Shown: piece after piece, positions 33,638 through 39,203 of the stretch
Position numbering within the stretch: the stretch's first letter is position 1
Layout of the letters: each line of letters starts with the position of its first letter
DNA from: a virus
Length of the DNA: 39,203 nucleotides
Reading direction: 5' to 3' (one strand)
IMG/VR virus record: IMGVR_UViG_3300045988_111327
Span: 1 to 39,203 of that record
The notes under the pieces: model-generated
The model's database searches: none
What the model saw: the letters and a program-made list of their open reading frames with translations, nothing else
What the model was told of the DNA's origin: nothing
Translations under genes and position numbers: made by a program

Positions 33638-34483
33638 CTACCAGAATTCGTTGTCCATCTGATACCGCGTCAATCCGTTAGGGTCTGGCTGACCAGTCAT
33701 TGGATTGATCCTTTCGGTATAGTAAGGATCGTTCTTGTCTGGTTGGCCCTTCACTTTCTCGTTTAGATAGTCTTCAAACTTCGTTCCAAACAGCGTTAAT
33801 GGTCGTAGGTATTTGTTCATCTTGTTGTCGTTCAGCCAAGTAGCAGTTTTCTTGTCGATAACTGTTTTGAAGTCATCAACGCTAAATCCTTCTTTAAGTC
33901 TTGCTTGAACTAGCTGCTTGGTCTTTGGTGTGGTTGCTTTGTAGTGGCTATCTGTTTTTTCGTTCAGATAGTCAACGATTGTTTTAGTTTTGTCAGCCAC
34001 ACCGTCGGGCTCTGCCCGACTATTATTGTCTGTTGTAATCTCTGTCGTAATCTCTGAGTAATCTCTGGTATTGGTTTGCTCATTTTGAGCAACTCCGTTT
34101 GCTCTTTTTGAGCAGTCCGTCTGCTCATTTTGAGCAACTCGTTTGCTCATGCCCTTATCAACCATTTCATAATCGATTGAATACCATTTCGTTTTGTCAA
34201 ACCCAGCTTTATTGAAGTTGCCAGTAATGATCAATCCTTTTTTCTCGCAGTTTTCAATAGCCCGGCGAACCGTTGCTAAACTCCAAAAAGGGAAATTATC
34301 TTCTTGCCATTGCTTATAACTGTTGTAAATCCACTTTCGACCGTTGATTAACTTGGCACTTTTACCATTTAACCAATAGTTAAGTTGTTGCAGCACGATT
34401 GCTTCGTTAAGCCCAAATGCTTTTGCTAATTCGCGGTCAACGACAATTGGGTGCGAATCAAAAAGCCATTTACTCATTGCCAT
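33638..34483 (-). CDS. Replisome organiser / replication initiator (wHTH N-domain plus conserved phage C-terminal DnaD-like domain)
   Basis: C-terminus IVDYLNEKTDSHYKATTPKTKQLVQARLKEGFSVDDFKTVIDKK...RPLTLFG. Internal DNA iterons. Confidence 0.8.
   Translation of the reverse strand: MAMSKWLFDSHPIVVDRELAKAFGLNEAIVLQQLNYWLNGKSAKLINGRKWIYNSYKQWQEDNFPFWSLATVRRAIENCEKKGLIITGNFNKAGFDKTKWYSIDYEMVDKGMSKRVAQNEQTDCSKRANGVAQNEQTNTRDYSEITTEITTDNNSRAEPDGVADKTKTIVDYLNEKTDSHYKATTPKTKQLVQARLKEGFSVDDFKTVIDKKTATWLNDNKMNKYLRPLTLFGTKFEDYLNEKVKGQPDKNDPYYTERINPMTGQPDPNGLTRYQMDNEFW
34035..34150. repeat. Putative origin iterons inside the replisome organiser gene
   Basis: 3x GTAATCTCTG (34035, 34047, 34058). 3x 17-bp palindrome TTGCTCAttttTGAGCAA-like (34076-34092, 34099-34115, 34121-34137), plus a half site at 34143, with a 22-23 bp period. 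Confidence 0.6.
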
Positions 34484-35153
34484 ATACCCCTTTCATGCCG
34501 ATTCGTTTCAACGTTTCAGCGTTTACTTTCACGCCTAAGTTTGTTAAGCGATATTTCTTGCAGAACGCTTGATTGCCTATCTGGTGCCACTCCGTATGGT
34601 GTACCCGGCAAAGCGCTGATAATCGTGCTTGCGTATGGTCTAGCTTGTTACGATTACGACCCATACCGACCTCATCGATATGGTTGATGTCAGCAGCACG
34701 ACCACAGATCAAGCAACGCCGGTGTTGTATACACTTGAACTGAAAATATGATTCATCACGTGGCAACAGCGGATAGCCGTCGTTGATTGGCACTTGGTAA
34801 TCGAAAATAAAATCAATCACTAGGTTTATCAGCTCCGTTGCATCTGATACCGTGCTAACAGTATCGTTTGCCAAGCTAATCTCTTTGCCAGCCGTCTTGA
34901 TTGTGTATTGAAGGTAAAAGTATTCCTTCAACCACTCTGCCGGTTCGCCTGACCATCTGTGAATATCGCTTAACAGTGCAAAGAATAGTCTTCTCTGACG
35001 TGGTCTTGCTTTTCGCCTATCTGGGATTTCGTACTCCACCGGAACACCACTAACCTTGCCGTACATGGTTTCTATATGGCTAAGATTTGGTGTTTCGTCT
35101 GGGGCAATCCACCACCCACCCTGCTCCCAGTAGGCTTTACCGCTCCGCAGCAT
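34470..35153 (-). CDS. HNH-type nuclease (putative HNHc_6-like)
   Basis: CLICGRAADINHIDEVGMGRNRNKLDH...LCRVHHTEWH gives Cys/His metal ligands and an HNH pattern. Confidence 0.7.
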   Translation of the reverse strand: MLRSGKAYWEQGGWWIAPDETPNLSHIETMYGKVSGVPVEYEIPDRRKARPRQRRLFFALLSDIHRWSGEPAEWLKEYFYLQYTIKTAGKEISLANDTVSTVSDATELINLVIDFIFDYQVPINDGYPLLPRDESYFQFKCIQHRRCLICGRAADINHIDEVGMGRNRNKLDHTQARLSALCRVHHTEWHQIGNQAFCKKYRLTNLGVKVNAETLKRIGMKGVYGNE

Positions 35154-35596
35154 TAGAACGGAACATCATCGGCGCTATCGTCAAATGGCATAGCGTCGAA
35201 AGGCTGCTGGTAGTTATCGTTCTGATAGCCGTTAGACTGTTGATAACCGCCTTGTTGGCTTTGATCGTTGTTGTTCTTCTTGGAATCAAGAAAAGTTACG
35301 TTCTCGGCTACAACTTCGGTTACATAGACCCGCTGGCCTTGATTGTTTTCGTAGTTACGGGTTTGGATTTGGCCTTCAATTCCGATTAGCGAACCCTTAC
35401 CGCAATACTTGCAAAGCAAGTCAGCAGTCATGCCCCACGCTTGAATGCCAATAAAATCAGCTTCACGATTGCCATTTGAATCCTTGAACCGGCGGTCAAC
35501 TGCTAACGAGAAGTTGACAACGGACGTCCCTTTGTTCGTTTGGTGCTTTTCAAGGTCTTTCGTGATACGACCAGTTAAAGTTACGTTGTTAATCAT
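35153..35596 (-). CDS. ssb: Single-stranded DNA-binding protein
   Basis: OB-fold N-terminus MINNVTLTGRITKDLE, a Gly/Gln-rich linker and an acidic tail DDVPF. Confidence 0.92.
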   Translation of the reverse strand: MINNVTLTGRITKDLEKHQTNKGTSVVNFSLAVDRRFKDSNGNREADFIGIQAWGMTADLLCKYCGKGSLIGIEGQIQTRNYENNQGQRVYVTEVVAENVTFLDSKKNNNDQSQQGGYQQSNGYQNDNYQQPFDAMPFDDSADDVPF

Positions 35597-36294
35597 TAGT
35601 TTTGTTCCCCACTTTCAAGCAGTGCTTTCACTGCATTTACATACTCTTCACCGCTATGCTTACCATCGCCGAGAGTGCCCTTAACAAGCTCTTCAGCACG
35701 CTTTGAATCGCCATTAAGACGATTAATCAACTCCATCATTAAGCGCCGATATTCGGCTTGTAATGCGTTCATTTTGCGTTGCTGATTAACTTGTTCCTTG
35801 CGCTGCTCTGCTTGCTCTTTGTCAGCTTCGTTGATGTCCGCCATCGGCAAGTCTTCACCGGCATACAAGTTAAGCCCTAGCCCTGCCATTGCTAACGCCT
35901 TTACTAAACAGCGTTGTTGTGTCTTGTTGATCTGTGCGATGTTAGGCTTTGCGACCGGTTGGTTTCGCATATCCATGACGTACAGCCGTTCAGAATACGT
36001 TTCATCTTCAATCGTTACAGTTACCTTGACTTCGCAGCCTTCCGGCGTGATTCGATAGTCTAGCATTTGACCAGTTGCATACCATGCACCGGTTTTTTCG
36101 TTGAACCGGTACTCTGGGAACTCCTCGATAACACGGTTAGCGCTTGGATAAATACTCTTGACCATGTTCCAAGCCCAAGCCCACGAAACATACTTCAGTG
36201 CCGGGCCTTTTCGCATGCTGATAACTTCAACGTGGTTTGAAACATCAACCGCAGACAACGTTTCAAACACTGACTTCTTCTTTTCGTCTGCCAT
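35596..36294 (-). CDS. Sak / Rad52-like single-strand annealing protein (DUF1071-like)
   Basis: LKYVSWAWAWNMVKSIYP and QRCLVKALAMAGLGLNLY are typical of Sak-type SSAPs. Adjacent to ssb. Confidence 0.8.
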   Translation of the reverse strand: MADEKKKSVFETLSAVDVSNHVEVISMRKGPALKYVSWAWAWNMVKSIYPSANRVIEEFPEYRFNEKTGAWYATGQMLDYRITPEGCEVKVTVTIEDETYSERLYVMDMRNQPVAKPNIAQINKTQQRCLVKALAMAGLGLNLYAGEDLPMADINEADKEQAEQRKEQVNQQRKMNALQAEYRRLMMELINRLNGDSKRAEELVKGTLGDGKHSGEEYVNAVKALLESGEQN

Positions 36295-36794
36295 TACTTG
36301 ATAACCCCTTTATAGTTAGTAGCCAGATAAGCACCAGGAACTTCCTTGCCGTCCTTGATAGCCTTTTTAATATCCGTCTTGCTAGGCTCTCGCTTGACGG
36401 TAACTTTCTCTTTGTAATACTGGTCAGGAATTAACGACTGATCGCTAAACTCTACCTTTTCGCTCTTGCGCTTGCTGTAAACGTGCTTATCAGTGCGGAC
36501 CTTCGCCGTTCCTGAGTTAGCTACAATGTAGCCAACGTATTCTTGCAGGCGGTCAACACGGGCTTTCGCCTTGTCCCGCTCCTTCTTAATATCAGTCAGC
36601 TTTTGGATTTCGCTTTCGTATACAGCAATATCCTTGTTAGTGTCATCAATCAGCCAGGCAATAGCGTCCAGCTTGTCGGCCAGTTCGAGCTGCAAGGCGT
36701 CGATAGTGTCCGTGTAGGACTGCTTATCGATTTCACCTTCGGCCCGTTTCTGGTCGATAGTGGCAATCGCCGTGATGATTTCAGCAGTGTTCAT
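36294..36794 (-). CDS. Siphovirus Gp157-family protein
   Basis: Start chosen at MNTAEIIT, which has RBS AGGAGGA. Coiled-coil N-terminus with LDAIAWLIDD. Position upstream of the SSAP gene. Confidence 0.7.
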   Translation of the reverse strand: MNTAEIITAIATIDQKRAEGEIDKQSYTDTIDALQLELADKLDAIAWLIDDTNKDIAVYESEIQKLTDIKKERDKAKARVDRLQEYVGYIVANSGTAKVRTDKHVYSKRKSEKVEFSDQSLIPDQYYKEKVTVKREPSKTDIKKAIKDGKEVPGAYLATNYKGVIK

Positions 36795-36804
36795 TCGTTT
36801 CCTC

Positions 36805-36933
36805 CTAATCGTGTTTCGGATCGTCTTCCGGTTCGACTTCCAGATAGTTGTCAATTAGTGCGTCTTGGTAGCCTTCCTCATAGCCAGACTGCCAAGCTTT
36901 GACTAAATCGGCTTTCGTATACGTTTCTTTCAT
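36805..36933 (-). CDS. Small acidic protein (42 aa; below the track cutoff)
   Basis: Hand translation: MKETYTKADLVKAWQSGYEEGYQDALIDNYLEVEPEDDPKHD. RBS AAGGTGA. Confidence 0.5.
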   Translation of the reverse strand: MKETYTKADLVKAWQSGYEEGYQDALIDNYLEVEPEDDPKHD

Positions 36934-36969
36934 GCTATAATCACCTTGAATTTTGTTTTTTTATCGGCA

Positions 36970-37140
36970 TTACCGGCGATCGGTAGTGCCTTTTTTTGTT
37001 GTGCTGACAGTAACTTGGATTGAAAACAATACGATCCAGATCAGTGCTACCCAGTTCGCCTTGATAAAGTGGTTGGTCATGTACAAATACATGAAACCGC
37101 CACTTAACAGCGACCAGATACTAGCCTTGAGTGTTCCCAT
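36970..37140 (-). CDS. Small membrane protein (56 aa)
   Basis: Start chosen at MGTLKASIW, which has RBS GAGGTGG. Two hydrophobic helices. Confidence 0.5.
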   Translation of the reverse strand: MGTLKASIWSLLSGGFMYLYMTNHFIKANWVALIWIVLFSIQVTVSTTKKGTTDRR

Positions 37141-37261
37141 GTTTACCACCTCGATTGATACCTGCTTGACGTTCAAGCGCAGCAACTTTGTTGGTCAGAT
37201 CAGCAAGACCGACAAACAGAATCGCTACTAACAATCCCAATAGAATTACAGCAATAGTCAT
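37121..37261 (-). CDS. Small membrane protein (46 aa; below the track cutoff)
   Basis: Hand translation: MTIAVILLGLLVAILFVGLADLTNKVAALERQAGINRGGKHGNTQG. Its ATG directly follows the upstream TAA. Confidence 0.45.
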   Translation of the reverse strand: MTIAVILLGLLVAILFVGLADLTNKVAALERQAGINRGGKHGNTQG

Positions 37262-37570
37262 TTACTTCGCTCCCCAATTAAATTCGTGGTAGTGGTCGTT
37301 GACCCAAAGACTGGCATCGTAGGCATAAATAATGGTTTTACGCCCCGTTCCTGGAAATGGATCGACGACAAAGCCGCCGTTCTCGACATATGTTTCTGGG
37401 TAGCGATCAAAGATTTCACGCTTGACCCATGCTCGGCCTTTACCGCCTAGACAATTCTTGCGGAACTCTTCAACGTCCCATGTTTTGCCTTTCAGTGGTA
37501 CTAGGCCCAGCTTTTTAATCGATTGCTTGACGGACTGCTCAATCAGTTCATCATCAATCGTGATTTTCAT
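37262..37570 (-). CDS. DUF771-like early protein
   Basis: The pattern W...EFRKNC.GGKG..WVK..IF..YPE...ENGGFVV.P...G.K...Y..A..W...H..EFNW matches my recollection of the lactic-phage DUF771 family. Confidence 0.55.
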   Translation of the reverse strand: MKITIDDELIEQSVKQSIKKLGLVPLKGKTWDVEEFRKNCLGGKGRAWVKREIFDRYPETYVENGGFVVDPFPGTGRKTIIYAYDASLWVNDHYHEFNWGAK

Positions 37571-37581
37571 TTGATTGCCTC

Positions 37582-37782
37582 CTATTCCATGTACAAATCG
37601 TCCATGCCAAGCAGATCACACACTGCGTATAGAACATCAAGATTCATGTCTTGTAGGTCTTCAATTCGTGCTTCACGTTCATTACCGTTACCATCACGGG
37701 TTGTGGTTAAAGTAGCGGTGTTGTATTCAATCAGCGTCTTGAGCGCTTCACGCAAGTTATCTGGTTCGTACATCGTTGACAC
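37582..37782 (-). CDS. Hypothetical early protein (66 aa)
   Basis: ORF with RBS GGAGG. Confidence 0.55.
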   Translation of the reverse strand: MSTMYEPDNLREALKTLIEYNTATLTTTRDGNGNEREARIEDLQDMNLDVLYAVCDLLGMDDLYME

Positions 37783-37785
37783 CTC

Positions 37786-37944
37786 CTAGAAGTACAAAAC
37801 TTTGGCCTCTTTCGATTCGCCATTCTCGTCTGTTTGAAAGCTGACTGATAGAAAGTCAACGTCTGCAAGCAGCACATCAACTCGCAGCTCAAAATCTTCT
37901 TGGGTTTCGCCTTCTCGACGCTTGATAATTTTCGTGTTCATCAT
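37786..37944 (-). CDS. Hypothetical early protein (about 52 aa)
   Basis: RBS GGAGGA precedes tandem ATG ATG; the start is one of these two. Confidence 0.5.
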   Translation of the reverse strand: MMNTKIIKRREGETQEDFELRVDVLLADVDFLSVSFQTDENGESKEAKVLYF

Positions 37945-38015
37945 TAGTCCTCCGTTTGTGTTTTGCATTAGGCTTTTAACGAAACGTTAGAAGCCTTATA
38001 TATCAACGTTTGTGT

Positions 38016-38846
38016 TTATTTGATTGCTGATTCGATAGCTTTTACACCTTTGTCAAAGTAAAGCCACTGTGGCACTTCTTTGTCCAAGCTACGCGACTTG
38101 CTGTTAGCCCAACGACCGTATTCGTTTTGTCCAGGCTGTTCAGCTTTTAACCCCAACTGGTTAGCGATACGACCAACTTTGTTAGAAGTGATGCCTAGCT
38201 TTTGCCCAATTTGTGTTGCCGTGTACTCTTTGTGTTTCATGACTGGCACTGTCATTTCACCGGTCAACTCTTTAGCAGCATGAGCTAGTAGCAATTGACG
38301 GGCTGTTTCTGAACTGGTAGCCATTGCGATTTTGTACATCATGTTGGCTTTGCGAGTAGCAGCGTTGTCTTCCATGATTGACAATCGTCGTTGCTGTACC
38401 AATGAAGGGCTGTTTTTCTTGATTGCTACTCGCATATTGAAGTAGTTGTCTACCAGCTCGTCGTAAATGTCCCACGCTTTATCATCATCAAGCACTTTTA
38501 AAAGTTTTGCGTAGCCTCGCTCAGAAAGCAGATAAACGTGCTTTGCGTTGCCCCATTGTGCTTTGGTGAACCCATAGTCAGAAAACATATACTTTGAAAG
38601 TATCTGTTTTAAGTCGATTAAATCGATGCCGGTTTTAAAGTGCTTAATGTTGTCGTTGATTAATTGGTTGATCTTAAACAGCGGGCGTTCGTGAATGTTT
38701 GCAATATCTCTGGCAAGCATTGACTTTTTGCCTTCCCCAAAACCGCCTTCGATTCCCAAAAATTCAAAACCGGCGATATGTTTTTCACCAATTACTTTGA
38801 TTTCTGGAACGTTTTCCAGAACTTTTTCTGTATTGATGTTTTCCAT
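38016..38846 (-). CDS. Antirepressor-type DNA-binding protein (ORF6N-like N-domain, KilA-C/ORF6C-like C-domain)
   Basis: KSMLARDIANIHERPLFKINQLINDNIKHFKTGIDLIDL is ORF6N-like. Position directly after cro. RBS AGGAGGAA. Confidence 0.65.
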   Translation of the reverse strand: MENINTEKVLENVPEIKVIGEKHIAGFEFLGIEGGFGEGKKSMLARDIANIHERPLFKINQLINDNIKHFKTGIDLIDLKQILSKYMFSDYGFTKAQWGNAKHVYLLSERGYAKLLKVLDDDKAWDIYDELVDNYFNMRVAIKKNSPSLVQQRRLSIMEDNAATRKANMMYKIAMATSSETARQLLLAHAAKELTGEMTVPVMKHKEYTATQIGQKLGITSNKVGRIANQLGLKAEQPGQNEYGRWANSKSRSLDKEVPQWLYFDKGVKAIESAIK

Positions 38847-38861
38847 ATTGTTCCTCCTAAA

Positions 38862-38878
38862 ATAAAACTTTGTAATTA
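38862..38878. promoter_or_regulatory. Fourth operator-like copy, between the cro-like and antirepressor genes
   Basis: ATAAAACTTTGTAATTA shares the ATAAAACTTT core with the sites at 41, 71 and 93. Confidence 0.45.
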
Positions 38879-39106
38879 GCCTTGTTTCTGTTTATTTTTA
38901 TCAAGTTTTTTGGTATTTAACAGCAAAAAAATTTGCTCCACGCTACAATCCAAAACCGTTGCCAGTTTCTTCAAATGACGCGGGCTAGGAATTGATTTCC
39001 CCGTTTCCCAAGAAGAAACAGTCGGGAAACTAACTCCTACTTCTTTCGCTAATTCAACTTGCGTAAGTCCTTTGCGAATACGCAAGAACTTAATGCTATC
39101 AGTCAT
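38876..39106 (-). CDS. Cro-like XRE-family HTH regulator
   Basis: LRIRKGLTQVELAKEVGVSFPTVSSWETGKSIPSPRHLKKLATVL. Divergent from the cI-like gene across the circular junction. Confidence 0.85.
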   Translation of the reverse strand: MTDSIKFLRIRKGLTQVELAKEVGVSFPTVSSWETGKSIPSPRHLKKLATVLDCSVEQIFLLLNTKKLDKNKQKQG

Positions 39107-39203
39107 GTTTTCAACTCCTTTAATTGGTATGCTTATATACTACAATAAAACTTTATAAAATGCAACACGATAATATAAAACTTTTTAAAATAAACAAAAA
39201 AAC
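39105..39203. repeat. Terminal direct repeat, right copy (identical to 1..99)
   Basis: Same 99-nt string as 1..99. It begins inside the ATG of the cro-like gene (39104-39106). Confidence 0.95.

Larger units (their letters stand above)
1..39203. mobile_element. Complete temperate siphovirus-type phage genome (circular map): lysogeny, early/replication, late regulator, packaging, head, tail, lysis and moron modules
   Basis: Full set of phage modules in canonical order. Integrase plus repressor/cro switch. The 99-bp terminal overlap closes the circle. Confidence 0.92.

Noticed and set aside
1-39203. Diversity-generating retroelement, retron or other RT-based system near the fibre genes.
   Set aside because: No reverse-transcriptase-like ORF (no YxDD motif protein) was seen. 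No template/variable repeat pair was seen around the fibre genes.

Overview
The window is one complete temperate siphovirus-type phage genome of about 39.1 kb, written as a linearised circle. Bases 1-99 are repeated exactly at 39105-39203, and the cI/cro switch region is only continuous across that junction.

Gene content resembles Lactobacillales phages (inference from protein families only; no search was run).

Module order:
- **Plus strand, 157-2953:** lysogeny module with an XRE/cI-like repressor, an ImmA-like HEXXH protease, a lipoprotein and a tyrosine integrase. The attP region follows at about 2954-3350.
- **Minus strand, right to left:** cro-like and antirepressor genes, then an early/replication module (Gp157-like, Sak/Rad52-like SSAP, SSB, HNH, replisome organiser with internal iterons, DnaC-like loader, RusA).
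- **Next:** a block of small genes containing a 5-member paralogous family, then an ArpU-like late regulator.
- **Next:** a 576-nt ORF-free structured region fused to a tRNA.
- **Then:** ParB-like and GT-A-like genes, TerS/TerL, portal, head, tail (with a -1 frameshift chaperone pair), baseplate/fibre, holin-endolysin, and a 3-gene moron operon next to attP.

Most interesting observations:
1. The noncoding region at 26428-27003 looks like a large ornate ncRNA of the ROOL/GOLLD kind, next to a tRNA with a non-canonical 8-nt anticodon loop.
2. Two FN3 domains in the tail-fibre genes are each cut by a TAA one or two codons after the conserved Trp.
3. An autonomous moron operon of unknown function sits next to attP.
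4. A ParB-like plus GT-A-like gene pair lies in front of the terminase.
5. A family of small basic proteins shares a conserved 5' box.

Everything was read by eye from the sequence and the ORF track. No BLAST, HMM or covariance-model search was possible, so all family names are recognition or inference.
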